A stretch of 64,000 nt of DNA from Candidatus Latescibacterota bacterium (lineage in GTDB: Bacteria > Latescibacterota > UBA2968). This document shows positions 9,433-19,683 of this stretch, piece after piece. Position 1 is the first letter of the stretch; each line of letters begins with the position of its first letter. Below the pieces are notes generated by a model, which searched no databases, was not told where the DNA came from, and worked only from the letters and a program-made list of their open reading frames with translations. The DNA is taken from positions 4,352,001-4,416,000 of the forward strand of contig OZ241986.1 of the NCBI GenBank assembly GCA_965204375.1, given 5' to 3'. Both the position numbers and the translations under genes were made by a program.

Positions 9433-12306
9433 TATCTGCGCGAGGGCGCGCTTTACCCTTGTAAAATTCGGCCGCAGAGCGAGTGCCTTCTCCAAATAGG
9501 GAACAGCCTCTCGCAACCTCCCCGCCTGTGCCAGAGCCATACCCAGATCGGCATACGTATCGGGCCTATCTGGATGCAAGCGAATCGCCTCCTTATAGTG
9601 CTGAATCGCCTCGTCAACGCGTCCGAGCCTGTGAAGCGCCATAGCAATACCATTTTGCGACAACGCATTGTCCGGATGGTAGCGGATCGCATCCTCGTAA
9701 TGGCGAACCGCCTCTTCAAGCCGTCCCGCGCGGTGAAACGCCACAGCCCGTCCATTCAGCGCGCGCGCATCTGCGGGATCGAGTTCCAAAACCCGCGCAT
9801 AGTGTCTTTCTGCATCCTGCAAGCGCCCCAGTTGCATCATCGCATCGGCAAACATGCGATGCGCATCCACATACTCGGGAAGCCGGCGAATCGCCTCCTC
9901 ACAAAGCGTAGCAATACGCCTGTGTTCGCGCGCGGCAATCAAATCCGACGCCTCACGCACAAAAACGCACGCGGCAATCTCCCTCAAATTCTTATTCTGA
10001 ACATCCGCAATCCGCGCATCAACCTCACCCGGCATCAACGCATCAATAGAATCGCGGTATTTATACAGCATCTCTGCAAACACAAGCCCATCGCTCTCCT
10101 CATTCTGAACCGTCTCGTAGTCCAGAATTGGTCGGTCATCCCAATACGTATCCGCCTCAACCGTCGCAGAAGCCAGACCCTCCGCCCCCATCAAATAACC
10201 GCCCCAAAAAACGTGCGGCTGATTGAGATAATACGCCACCCCGCCCCAGTGACTATATTGAAGATCCGCATGAATCTCCTCATCCATACCCAACAATTTC
10301 CCCTCAGCAATATTAAACGCATCATCCACCGAACCAATAAGCAAAAGCTCAGACGTATTATACCACAAAACGCTCTGCGGAAAAACCGTCAAAAAACTGC
10401 GCACAACACCCCTGAACTGGTCCTCAGTCAGAAAATGCAAAGGCACAAACTGGACCAGATACCCCCCTGGCGCCAGACGCTCTCGGGCGCGCGCATAGAA
10501 ATCAACCGTATAAAAAAACGCCACACCCGGACGGGACACCTCGCCAAGCTCAAGCGAAATAATATCATAAGTCGCCGCCGTATGGCGCAGGAAATTGCGC
10601 CCATCTTCAGAAATAATCTCCACGCGCGGATCGCGCATCCACTCCGTCTCAAAATATTCCCGAATAAAAGGAAAAAGCGCAGGCTCAATATCCACACACG
10701 CCAGATAATCGATGGGATACATCAAAAAACGACTAACCGTCTGCCCTGTACCAGCCCCCACAACAACGACCCGTTTGGGATCGGGATGCAAAAGCATCGG
10801 CACATGTGCCGCCATAATCTGATGGTTCTTCTTACTTCCGCCTTGCCACCAGCGATCGATCTCCAACTCCAGATCATCCTCCCGCCGAACAACCGCCATA
10901 TTCGCGCCATAACCCTCTCGGAACGCCACCAGATCCCGTCCCTCACCAATAAAATCCGCAGGCACCTGCGTCTGCGAAAAATATGGAATCCCCAGATAAA
11001 TCAGAACCGCGACCAGCGCAGCCGCATACTTGAACGCGCGATATCTTCGATCCAGCAAAAACCATGCAGAAATGCCGATAACGAGATTCGCGCCCGTAAT
11101 AAAAAACAGACACTTCTCAAGACCAAAAAAAGGAATCCCCACAAAACCAATCAAAAGAGACCCAAGAATACCTCCAAGCGTATTCACCGCAATCAAATTC
11201 CCAGCCATCCCAGACGTATATTCCGCATTATCAGTTACCAGACGAATCGCAAGCGGAAAAGCCGCGCCACTCAACACAGCAGGAGGCAAAAGCACTGCAA
11301 AATAGATATACAGATCACTGCCCAATCCTCGCCATGTCTCGGGCGAAAGCATCAGAAGCGCCAGCACAACAAGACCCGTCGCAACCTGAAACGCGCCAAA
11401 ATAATACGCCCTTCTCTCTGTCCTATCGGAAAACTGAGCAGCGAGAACACTCCCCAAAACCAGCCCAACCAGCACAACGCACAACGCCAGCGTATAAGTA
11501 TAAACTGTATTATTGATCAAAAGACCCAGATACCGCACCCACAGCACCTCTGCGCCCAGAGCCACAAATCCAATTGCAAAAAACAGAACAAATACAACGC
11601 TACTCTGGGGAAGCCTACCACTCACACCACGGGACGTCCCCGAATCGGGAAACACATCCTCCCGTGCAATAGACAGCGCGCGAACAACAACCCCACTCAA
11701 AATATTACACACAACGCCGATATAGACAGCACCGCGCAGACCCAGATCCGGCAAAAAAACAAACCCCGCAGCCGCGCAACCCAATGCAGCCCCCAGCGTA
11801 TTGACACCGTAGAGAAGACCAACAGCGCGAGCAATTTTACCGCTATTGCGCGAATACTGACGACAAAAAAGAGGAAGGGTACCCCCCATCAGAACAGTAG
11901 GCGGCAAGACGACGAGCGCAACCAGAAGGAGACGGACAGTGAACCGCAGGAAGGGCGCATCGCTCAACATTCTATACGCGATGCCATAGAGAAAATCTGC
12001 AAAATCAAACGCATAGGGACTGATCAGAGCCAGAAGACCCAGACCAATTTCAATATACGCAAAAAGAATAAGCGGTCGGGATGTTCGTTGACCAACGCGC
12101 CCAAAAAGATACGCACCAATAGCCAAACCCAGAAAAAAAACCGCCAGAACCGCGCTCACCGCAAACGTCGTGGACCCAAACAAAAGCGCGGCCTGCCGTA
12201 TCCAGGCAACCTCGTAAACCAGCCCGGCAAAACCCGACAAAAAAAAACATATCAGCGCGGTGATATGCTGCGTGGTTCGCGTCGATTTTCTGGGACGTTT
12301 ATTCAC
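9397..12306 (-). CDS. fused multi-TM membrane domain / spermidine-synthase-like SAM methyltransferase / TPR protein
   Basis: FFLSGFAGLVYEVAW, YGVNTLGA, VVVGAGTG and EDGRNFL motifs; C-terminal TPRs. Confidence 0.9.
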   Translation of the reverse strand: MNKRPRKSTRTTQHITALICFFLSGFAGLVYEVAWIRQAALLFGSTTFAVSAVLAVFFLGLAIGAYLFGRVGQRTSRPLILFAYIEIGLGLLALISPYAFDFADFLYGIAYRMLSDAPFLRFTVRLLLVALVVLPPTVLMGGTLPLFCRQYSRNSGKIARAVGLLYGVNTLGAALGCAAAGFVFLPDLGLRGAVYIGVVCNILSGVVVRALSIAREDVFPDSGTSRGVSGRLPQSSVVFVLFFAIGFVALGAEVLWVRYLGLLINNTVYTYTLALCVVLVGLVLGSVLAAQFSDRTERRAYYFGAFQVATGLVVLALLMLSPETWRGLGSDLYIYFAVLLPPAVLSGAAFPLAIRLVTDNAEYTSGMAGNLIAVNTLGGILGSLLIGFVGIPFFGLEKCLFFITGANLVIGISAWFLLDRRYRAFKYAAALVAVLIYLGIPYFSQTQVPADFIGEGRDLVAFREGYGANMAVVRREDDLELEIDRWWQGGSKKNHQIMAAHVPMLLHPDPKRVVVVGAGTGQTVSRFLMYPIDYLACVDIEPALFPFIREYFETEWMRDPRVEIISEDGRNFLRHTAATYDIISLELGEVSRPGVAFFYTVDFYARARERLAPGGYLVQFVPLHFLTEDQFRGVVRSFLTVFPQSVLWYNTSELLLIGSVDDAFNIAEGKLLGMDEEIHADLQYSHWGGVAYYLNQPHVFWGGYLMGAEGLASATVEADTYWDDRPILDYETVQNEESDGLVFAEMLYKYRDSIDALMPGEVDARIADVQNKNLREIAACVFVREASDLIAAREHRRIATLCEEAIRRLPEYVDAHRMFADAMMQLGRLQDAERHYARVLELDPADARALNGRAVAFHRAGRLEEAVRHYEDAIRYHPDNALSQNGIAMALHRLGRVDEAIQHYKEAIRLHPDRPDTYADLGMALAQAGRLREAVPYLEKALALRPNFTRVKRALAQIRREMGSADERR

Positions 12307-12312
12307 ATGAGA

Positions 12313-12957
12313 TCATACTTTCAATTCACGACGTTTCTGTAAAACCTCTTCCAATTGAGAGGCAAGACCGTGTTTTCCAACAGATCTTAACTGGTCCGGT
12401 AGTTCAGGACGGGATGCGGGATAAATACCTGACCTGATTAAACAGGCACGCGCCATTTGTGTCAACATCGCGATGAATTGTTCCTCTGCTGCATCCTCGT
12501 CACCAATCACTTTAATATCCTCAAAAAGTTTCTTGGCTCTTTCGGCACGTTTATCCGCTATTCTTGCAGAGGGCAAGGGAAGATGATTTTTCCATTTGTC
12601 ACACAGGGTTGTCCAATACTTATCTCTTTCGTAAAGAACCTTTCCAAAGCGAATTGTCCACCCCAAAACCTCGTGTCCCTCTGTAATAAGAGATTCAATA
12701 TCCCCTCGACAATATAACCTGATATCAACATCGAGAGGTGGATTCGCAAAACTTGGCCTGTCATTCTCATAAATAATCAGCAAATCAACATCTAGGCTGT
12801 ATTTGGCATTGCGCCGAATAACGGAACCAAAAATCACAATCGCCCAAATATCGGATTGCTTACACAATCTGGGTACAAAATTTTCGACCCATTCTTTCGC
12901 ATGGGTACTGGGCCATTTATCAATTCCGTGAAAAACCGATCCTTTGCATTTCATCAA
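12313..12957 (-). CDS. minimal nucleotidyltransferase (MNT) with helical C-terminal domain
   Basis: FGSVIR...DVDLLII motif; 4-bp overlap with the upstream gene. Confidence 0.75.
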   Translation of the reverse strand: MMKCKGSVFHGIDKWPSTHAKEWVENFVPRLCKQSDIWAIVIFGSVIRRNAKYSLDVDLLIIYENDRPSFANPPLDVDIRLYCRGDIESLITEGHEVLGWTIRFGKVLYERDKYWTTLCDKWKNHLPLPSARIADKRAERAKKLFEDIKVIGDEDAAEEQFIAMLTQMARACLIRSGIYPASRPELPDQLRSVGKHGLASQLEEVLQKRRELKV

Positions 12958-13847
12958 TCCACTTCCAGATCTTCGGAATCCAGTTGATGCCAGAACACAT
13001 CTCCCGCTTCAATACGACTCTGTATCCTGTTATCCCTATCCAGGCCAGCCACTGCCGCATAAGCAGGCTTGCCCGTGAACTGTGTCAAAAATTTGGCGTT
13101 GCGAATCGCCCTGTGCGTATCCCGTTCATCTACAGTGAAGGAAATTTCGACAGCGATGTAACAAACTTCCTCTAACCCATTCACCACTTCCATAATCAGG
13201 TCAGCCCTCACGAAACTCTGCAATTCGTTTTTGGAAATCTCCTGGGCATTTTGCGATCGGGCCAAAGAGATGATTTCCCGTTGAGACATTGTTCGCACCA
13301 AATCGAATCCCATGCTATCGGCAATCAAAGCCGTGTCTCTGAGCGCGGCACCTCTCGCATGACCGCCTTTGAGCACCCCAAGGCTATTGTCTATCCTTCT
13401 TAAGTGCTTATCGTGTCCGCCCAAATGTTCATCAATCCCATCCAGACGACCATCTATCCTTCTGAAGTGCTTATCGTGCTCGTCCAGATGGCCATCTATC
13501 CTTCTGAAGTGCTTATCGTGCTCGTCCAGACGGCCATCTATCCCGTCCAAACGACCATCAATTCCGTCCAAACGACCATCAATTCCGTCCAAACGACCAT
13601 CAACCCCGTCCAAACGACCATCAATCTCGTCCAAACGACCATCAACCCCGTCCAGACGACCATCAATCCCATCCAGACGTTTTTCAATAGCTTCAAACCG
13701 CTTATCCGTGGTTTTGACAAACGCGGCAAACACCTGAGGCAGTTCGAGGAGTTCGCGCGTGAGCAAACGCGCACGCACAGCTTCCAGTATCCTGGGATTT
13801 TCATCCAGAGCCTGGAACAAGTCATCTATGGTGTTGATGGGAAACAT
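12954..13847 (-). CDS. heptad-repeat coiled-coil protein with PD-(D/E)xK-like C-terminal domain
   Basis: Start MFPINTIDD at 13847; RLDGIDG heptads; RADLI...AVEIS motif. Confidence 0.75.
   Translation of the reverse strand: MFPINTIDDLFQALDENPRILEAVRARLLTRELLELPQVFAAFVKTTDKRFEAIEKRLDGIDGRLDGVDGRLDEIDGRLDGVDGRLDGIDGRLDGIDGRLDGIDGRLDEHDKHFRRIDGHLDEHDKHFRRIDGRLDGIDEHLGGHDKHLRRIDNSLGVLKGGHARGAALRDTALIADSMGFDLVRTMSQREIISLARSQNAQEISKNELQSFVRADLIMEVVNGLEEVCYIAVEISFTVDERDTHRAIRNAKFLTQFTGKPAYAAVAGLDRDNRIQSRIEAGDVFWHQLDSEDLEVD
13395..13682. repeat. coding 21-bp/42-bp tandem repeats
   Basis: GTCCAAACGACCATCAAT(T/C)CC-like 21-mers (about 7) and three 42-bp units encoding DEHDKHFRRIDG-like repeats. Confidence 0.85.
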
Positions 13848-14019
13848 TATGATTCTTCCCGCGGTAAAAAAATAGAAACCTGAACGCACCAAAACTACCC
13901 ATTTACCACTATTTTGGCAACCCCCATACTTTTCCAGAAATATAAACCATCTGATTGACGAATAAAATTGAAAATTGATCTTTGTCTTATAGCTCTTCCT
14001 GGCCTGACCGTGAAAGCGA

Positions 14020-15651
14020 TCACCTATCCTCCAACCCTGCAGCGTGACGCCCCGCTTTGGGATCGCCTGCCGCGTAATATCTGCCCTCTTCCCGATCCAC
14101 ATAAACCATAACAGGCGTCGCAATATTAGATGATTTCGCCTCGACCTGATGTCCCCGCGAGGCGAGATCGTCCTGCACATCCCGGCTTATCGCATCGTTC
14201 AGCGTCAACGACCCGGCCTGTTTGAACGTCTGCTCGCGAATGGGATTGGGATCAAAAGAATCGAGATGATGTGCCGTCGCAAAACGGGGCGCAATAACAG
14301 CCTCCTCTGGCATAATCCCAAACTCGACAAAATCCAGCAACAGATTCAAAGTCGTCTGATCTTGCAAATCCCCACCCGCAACACTAATCCCGAGAATGGG
14401 CCGCCCATCTTTCAGCACCAGCGTAGGCGTCAGCGTAATACGCGGGCGCTTCCCCGGCTGGATGCAATTCGGATGCCCCGCTGTCGTATTCAGACTGCGC
14501 AGGCGATTCCCATACGTAACCCCCGTACTCCCCCCATCAATCGTGGGACGATGCACATTGGCGCTCGGCGTCGCAGCGACCACATTGCCCCAGCGGTCCG
14601 CCACCACACAGGTCGTCGTCCCCCCCGTACCCGGACGGAACACACCGCCTTCTTTAACTGGCTGCATCAGATACGGATCGCCCGGACGCGCTTCCAGAGA
14701 AGCCGAATGCATATCGATAAGCGGCACGCGCAAATCCGTGTACGCATCGGAAAGCAACGCCCCCAAAGGCACACCTGAAAAATCGGGATCGGCATAATAC
14801 GCATCGCGGTCTGCCATCGCCAGCTTGATCGCTTCCGTAACTACATGAACATAATCCGCCGAAAGATGGCCCATCGCTTTGACATCGAACTTCTCGAGCA
14901 AACGCAACGCCTGACACAAATAAGGACCCTGTGTCCACGGCCCGCACTTGCAAACCGTGTACCCCCGATAAGAAACCGCAACTGGATCTTCAATCGTCGT
15001 AACATGCGTCGCCAGATCTTCTCGCCGCAAGAACCCTCCCTTTGCGACATAAAAAGCCTCAAGCTCCTCGGCAATATCATTGCGATACTTATTCCGCCCG
15101 TAAAAGCGATCCGCAGCAGCTTGCAATTTCTCCTCCCGACTCCCCGACGTAAGATGCTCCTCCTCAACCAGTTTTCGCAACGTCCTCGCAAGATTGGGAT
15201 GCCAGTCATCCTCCCCCGCATCCAACAAAGCAAGCACAGGAGCAATAATTTCCTCAAAAGACATCGTACCATATCGTCTGAGCGTCGTAATACACAAATC
15301 CACAACCGAAGGCACGGGTGCCATCTTCATATCCCCATCGCCCGGAATACCATTTTCCATATACCAATCAATCGCCTCCTGAGAACGCGGAGCCCGCCCC
15401 TGTCCGCTCAGTGCCTTCACCTCCGAAGTCTCAGCATCATAAATAAGAAGCGGAACCTCCCCGCCAATCGAACACGCGCCGTGATCCGTAACATTCAGCG
15501 CAAAAATAGTCGCAGCAGCAGCATCGGCTGCATTGCCCCCCCTATCCAAAATCTCAATCCCCGCTGCCACAGCACCTGCACCCCCCGCTGCCACAACACC
15601 CGTCTTGCTCTCGGCCTTCCATCCGATCTGTCCCACATCTATACCCGACAT
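14020..15651 (-). CDS. ggt: gamma-glutamyltransferase family protein
   Basis: GGNAADAA, GTTTCVVADRWGN nucleophile, PGKRPRITLTP, GGDLQDQ. Confidence 0.92.
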   Translation of the reverse strand: MSGIDVGQIGWKAESKTGVVAAGGAGAVAAGIEILDRGGNAADAAAATIFALNVTDHGACSIGGEVPLLIYDAETSEVKALSGQGRAPRSQEAIDWYMENGIPGDGDMKMAPVPSVVDLCITTLRRYGTMSFEEIIAPVLALLDAGEDDWHPNLARTLRKLVEEEHLTSGSREEKLQAAADRFYGRNKYRNDIAEELEAFYVAKGGFLRREDLATHVTTIEDPVAVSYRGYTVCKCGPWTQGPYLCQALRLLEKFDVKAMGHLSADYVHVVTEAIKLAMADRDAYYADPDFSGVPLGALLSDAYTDLRVPLIDMHSASLEARPGDPYLMQPVKEGGVFRPGTGGTTTCVVADRWGNVVAATPSANVHRPTIDGGSTGVTYGNRLRSLNTTAGHPNCIQPGKRPRITLTPTLVLKDGRPILGISVAGGDLQDQTTLNLLLDFVEFGIMPEEAVIAPRFATAHHLDSFDPNPIREQTFKQAGSLTLNDAISRDVQDDLASRGHQVEAKSSNIATPVMVYVDREEGRYYAAGDPKAGRHAAGLEDR

Positions 15652-15744
15652 GATTTTCTCCTTTTTCACCCTTGACGCCACGCAAAACTCTGGCTTTATT
15701 TTCAATAACAACGATTTTGTCGCAGCCTTCAAGGAGACATCATC

Positions 15745-15993
15745 ATGATTCTCGATTTAGACCAACTGATTGCGCCATACTTCGACAAATATCCCAATGA
15801 ATGGTTATTATTCGAGGTTACAGATACGGACGAGCACGATTGGCCCACCAAAGTGCAATTTGTCGCCCATGACCCGAGTCGTCAAGTGATTGCAAATATC
15901 GCCATTGAAAAAGATATAGATCATACCCTTGTTCGTTTCGCCGGCGACGTGTTGCCTAAAGGATGGCATGCAGCGTTGTCGAACGCATTATAG
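15745..15993 (+). CDS. small hypothetical protein (antitoxin-like, DUF5678-like)
   Basis: AAGGAG RBS; KYPNEWLL...VAHDP pattern. Confidence 0.55.
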   Translation: MILDLDQLIAPYFDKYPNEWLLFEVTDTDEHDWPTKVQFVAHDPSRQVIANIAIEKDIDHTLVRFAGDVLPKGWHAALSNAL

Positions 15994-16063
15994 CATGATC
16001 TTTTTATGAAGACAAAACAATCTGTGTTCCCTCAAGACGTTTTTATTTTTTTGGAAAAAGTTA

Positions 16064-16309
16064 ATGAAATTATCAGAACCCATCACTGATGTCGAGCAAC
16101 TGACGCCTGCGCTCCTAACGGATCGATTTAGCCGCAACGGATTCCTGAAATCGGGTTCGGTCACATCCATCAAAAAAACGGACTCATTCGGATCATCGTG
16201 CGCGGAATGGGACAGGCTATCGCTGACATTCAGTGAAGACTACATAGGTGATATTCCAAATGCGATTGTGTTAAAGGTCTATCGAAAGGGATGGTTCGGA
16301 ATGCGATAA
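16064..16309 (+). pseudogene. truncated N-terminus of an APH/choline-kinase-like phosphotransferase
   Basis: QLTPALLT...G.V...IVLK resembles a kinase N-lobe start but stops at 81 aa. Confidence 0.5.
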
Positions 16310-16344
16310 AAGCATATCAGGATTGGGATTGTGGTACGCTACTC

Positions 16345-16445
16345 GGATAGCTTCATCCAAAATTTGATAAAATAGACAGGATACCTCCTGTCCTAAAGAA
16401 CGGGTATCAAACACGCCCTCTGTGCGATGCAGAGGGCTTTTTTTT
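16345..16445 (+). promoter_or_regulatory. structured 5' leader ending in an intrinsic terminator (riboswitch/attenuator candidate)
   Basis: Stems TTTGATA/TATCAAA and GACAGGA/TCCTGTC; terminator GCCCTCTG-N7-CAGAGGGC-T8 about 60 nt before the SDR start. Confidence 0.5.
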
Positions 16446-16502
16446 ATGCTACATTTTGACCCAACAAACAGAAAGTCTCTCACCCTTACAGGAGGATTCA
16501 AC

Positions 16503-17330
16503 ATGTCCACACAAACAGCTCTCATCACCGGCGCATCTCGCGGCCTGGGCCTGGCACTCGCGCGTGAACTCGCACAGCAAAACTGGCGACTGATCATCAA
16601 CGCAAGAGGCGAAGACGCACTCGAAGACGCGCGTGAAGAACTGGCCAAATGGACCGAAGTCATCGCCATTGCAGGAGACGTAACAGACCCCCAACATCGG
16701 AAAGCGCTAAGGAATGCAGCAAAAGAACTGGGTGGATTGGACGCCGTAATCAACAACGCGGGCATATTGGGACCGAGTCCCCAGCCCGAACTGCTCAATT
16801 ACCCGCTCGATACTTTGGCAGACGTCTATCGCGCCAACGTCATCGCGCCCCTGGGCGTGCTCCAGGCACTACAACACACATTAAAATCAGGTGCCCGCGT
16901 AATCAACATCACCAGCGATGCCGCCCGCGAAGCGTACCCGGGATGGGGCGGATACGGCTCTTCGAAAGCCGCACTTGAACAACTCTCAAACGTACTCGCA
17001 GCAGAACATCCCGACTGGCGCATCTACTGGGTGGATCCCGGCGACATGCGAACGCAAATGCACCGCGAAGCATTTCCCTTTGAAGACATCAGCGACCGCC
17101 CCTTGCCAGAAACCAGTGTACAAGGATGGACCTCCCTGATAATCTCACCCGACCACACCATGGGGATTGTAGATAGCTTACTCACAGGAATGCACGAACC
17201 GAGCGCCACCCACCTATCCATGCTGCAGGCATTGGCGGGATTAGACCACCTGAAACTGACTTATGAAGCCGCACTCAAAAAAAATTATTTGTGGCACGAA
17301 TTCGGCGATCTACATTTGATTTTGCCCTGA
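16503..17330 (+). CDS. short-chain dehydrogenase/reductase fused to a QueA-like C-terminal fragment
   Basis: TGASRGLG, NNAG and YGSSK SDR motifs; tail LLTGMHEP...YLWHEFGDLHLILP matches QueA-like C-termini. Confidence 0.8.
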   Translation: MSTQTALITGASRGLGLALARELAQQNWRLIINARGEDALEDAREELAKWTEVIAIAGDVTDPQHRKALRNAAKELGGLDAVINNAGILGPSPQPELLNYPLDTLADVYRANVIAPLGVLQALQHTLKSGARVINITSDAAREAYPGWGGYGSSKAALEQLSNVLAAEHPDWRIYWVDPGDMRTQMHREAFPFEDISDRPLPETSVQGWTSLIISPDHTMGIVDSLLTGMHEPSATHLSMLQALAGLDHLKLTYEAALKKNYLWHEFGDLHLILP

Positions 17331-17386
17331 ACACGCGGTATATTGAACCACTACCGATAAGGAAAACCGTCAAAATAGGAAAACAA

Positions 17387-18475
17387 ATGTTCATAATTCA
17401 CGAAATAGACGACAACATCCGCAGCGCTTATGGCATGACAGTCGCCGACGTCACAGACAACGGACACCTGGACATCGTAGCCGGTTCTATGGGAACCTCA
17501 ATGATCGCCCTGTACGAAGGACCCCATTTTGAAAAACAAATCATATCAGAAGCGCACCCCGGCACCATCTCACTATCGGTATTCGACATCACGGGCAACG
17601 GTCGCAAAGACGTGATTGCGGCCAGCGGATTTGGGCGAAGACAGCGGATCCCACCGGAGTATCTCCACTGGTTTCAAACACCTGAACACGGCGACATCTG
17701 GACACAGCACTTCATCGACTGGGTACCCTATTTACACCGCATAGCAATGGTAGAAGTCAACAATCAACCCCTGCTATTTGTCGCAACACTACAAGGACCG
17801 GGAAGCCATATCAACGACTTTGATGCGCCGGGTGAATTGTGGTGTTATCGCATACCGCAAGACCCGGTAAATGAACCGTGGGAAAAGCGATTAATCGACC
17901 GGCAATTGAGACTCAATCACGGCCTGAGCGTATGCGACGTAGATGGCGATGGCCGCATGGACTTATTGCTCGGCACGCGCGACGGCCTGATCTGGTTTGA
18001 GCCGCCCAATGGGGATGGATTCGCGGAAAAATGGAACCGATGGACCATAAGTCCCCGCGAAAGCAGCGAAACCTTTGCCGTAGATATGGATGGCGATGGC
18101 ATCAATGAAATACTCTCCATCGAACCCTGGCACGGCAATGAACTCGCCTGGTACAAAGCCACCGGCGACATCCGAACAGGCGCGTGGGAACGGCACCTGA
18201 TCAGCGACAAACTCAACCGCGGACATTCCCTGTGGTGTGGCGACATAGACAGCGACAACGCACTGGAAGTCGTCGCCGGATACAACGGACCCGGCACAGC
18301 CCTCCACATCTATCGCCCACAGAACTTAGAAACGGACACATGGAGCATTGAACAAATCGACAACGGCATAGGCATGGGGCAAATGGCAGTCGTAGATCTC
18401 ACCGGCAATGGCAAATTGGACATCGCCGCAAGCGGTATGTCAACGGGCAATGTGCGGTGGTATGAACAGATTTAA
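17387..18475 (+). CDS. FG-GAP/VCBS repeat beta-propeller protein
   Basis: Repeated DxxGDGxxD motifs; EPWHGNE. Confidence 0.8.
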   Translation: MFIIHEIDDNIRSAYGMTVADVTDNGHLDIVAGSMGTSMIALYEGPHFEKQIISEAHPGTISLSVFDITGNGRKDVIAASGFGRRQRIPPEYLHWFQTPEHGDIWTQHFIDWVPYLHRIAMVEVNNQPLLFVATLQGPGSHINDFDAPGELWCYRIPQDPVNEPWEKRLIDRQLRLNHGLSVCDVDGDGRMDLLLGTRDGLIWFEPPNGDGFAEKWNRWTISPRESSETFAVDMDGDGINEILSIEPWHGNELAWYKATGDIRTGAWERHLISDKLNRGHSLWCGDIDSDNALEVVAGYNGPGTALHIYRPQNLETDTWSIEQIDNGIGMGQMAVVDLTGNGKLDIAASGMSTGNVRWYEQI

Positions 18476-18515
18476 ACCCCACCCATTACAACACTCAACT
18501 CACAAAGGAGAAAAT

Positions 18516-18836
18516 ATGTTTTTCGAATTACGTCAATATCGCACCCAACCGGGCAAACGAGAAGAATGGGTTGCATTTATGGAGAGTGAAATCATCCCAT
18601 TTCAAATATCAAAAGGCATGGTCGTTATCGGCAGCTTTGTCGGCGAAGAGGAAGACGACCTCTATGTGTGGATTCGCCGATTTGAGAGCGAGGAACAAAG
18701 AGAACAACTCTACAAAGCCGTCTATGAAGACCCGTATTGGACCGATACACTGAGCGATCAAGTGGGTGCATTGATCGACCGGGAGCGCATCGTCGTAACG
18801 CGCCTCAACGCAACGCCGAGATCTGTGATCCAATAG
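18516..18836 (+). CDS. NIPSNAP family protein
   Basis: FFELRQYRTQPGKREEW...YVWIRRF; AAGGAG RBS. Confidence 0.9.
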   Translation: MFFELRQYRTQPGKREEWVAFMESEIIPFQISKGMVVIGSFVGEEEDDLYVWIRRFESEEQREQLYKAVYEDPYWTDTLSDQVGALIDRERIVVTRLNATPRSVIQ

Positions 18837-19400
18837 ATGGACAACTTTGCCCGTCACAATATTCACCTGAAAACGGAACGCTTGAGGCTTCGGCCATTTG
18901 AAGAAACTGATTTTGATCTCGCGGTACCTTTTTATCGAGATCCAGATTTCCTGAATGCAATGGAAGGGGACCCACCAGACGAACCCGTGACAGGTGACTA
19001 TCTCAGACGCGCAGGCAAACACATGGCAAAACAGGGATTCCTATTTGCAATTGAGGAAAAAGCGAGCGGACGAACCATTGGCGAAGCGTGTTTGCAGTGG
19101 ATGAATTTGGAACGGGCAAAAATCGAGGGTGAGAAGGTCATGCGCTTGCCCATTGGGATATGGGACAAAACCCTCTGGGGCAAAGGCTATGGAAAAGAAG
19201 TGGTGCGACGCCTGATGGCGTACGCATTTGAGGAATTGGAAATCGACCGATTCTGCGCGATGGATGTGCGTACAGACAATGAGCGTTCAAAAGCCTTGTG
19301 GCGATCATGTGGATTGACCATCTCAAGAGAAATGGACAACGGAAAGATACTGGACTTTGAGATCACGCGATCAGAATACAGGAGATTAAGTCTTGGCTAA
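18837..19400 (+). CDS. RimJ/RimL-type GNAT acetyltransferase
   Basis: LKTERLRLRPF, WGKGYGKE, NERS. Confidence 0.88.
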   Translation: MDNFARHNIHLKTERLRLRPFEETDFDLAVPFYRDPDFLNAMEGDPPDEPVTGDYLRRAGKHMAKQGFLFAIEEKASGRTIGEACLQWMNLERAKIEGEKVMRLPIGIWDKTLWGKGYGKEVVRRLMAYAFEELEIDRFCAMDVRTDNERSKALWRSCGLTISREMDNGKILDFEITRSEYRRLSLG

Positions 19401-19683
19401 TATGGAAAAGGAATTGACGATCAAGTTGCCTGAGTCACTCGTCGAAATACTCGGTGGTGCTCAAAAAGCAACAAAAGAGGCCACTCGGGCAACCGTTTTA
19501 GATTTGGTGCGTACAGGAAAAATCAGTGTGGGAAAGGGTGCAGAGTTGCTTAACCTGTCCCGGCATGACTTTTTAGATCTCATGAATGATCATCATGTGC
19601 CTGCGATTGATTACTCTCCCGAAAATTTCGAATATGAGCTTCGTGGACTGCGCGAAAAATTTGGAAAGACGTCTTCGTCATGA
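19393..19683 (+). CDS. UPF0175-family antitoxin
   Basis: GKISVGKGAELLNLSRHDFLDLM; overlaps the PIN gene. Confidence 0.85.
   Translation: MANMEKELTIKLPESLVEILGGAQKATKEATRATVLDLVRTGKISVGKGAELLNLSRHDFLDLMNDHHVPAIDYSPENFEYELRGLREKFGKTSSS

Noticed and set aside
9163-12342. 1059-aa plus-strand ORF
   Set aside because: Antisense shadow of the spermidine-synthase/TPR gene; no motifs, and its start lies in repeats.
13395-13682. Possible CRISPR or DGR repeats
   Set aside because: In-frame coding heptads; no spacers and no reverse transcriptase.
13848-14180. N-terminal extension of the 12954 ORF
   Set aside because: Overlaps the ggt 3' end and AT-rich intergenic DNA; the ATG at 13847 is more plausible.
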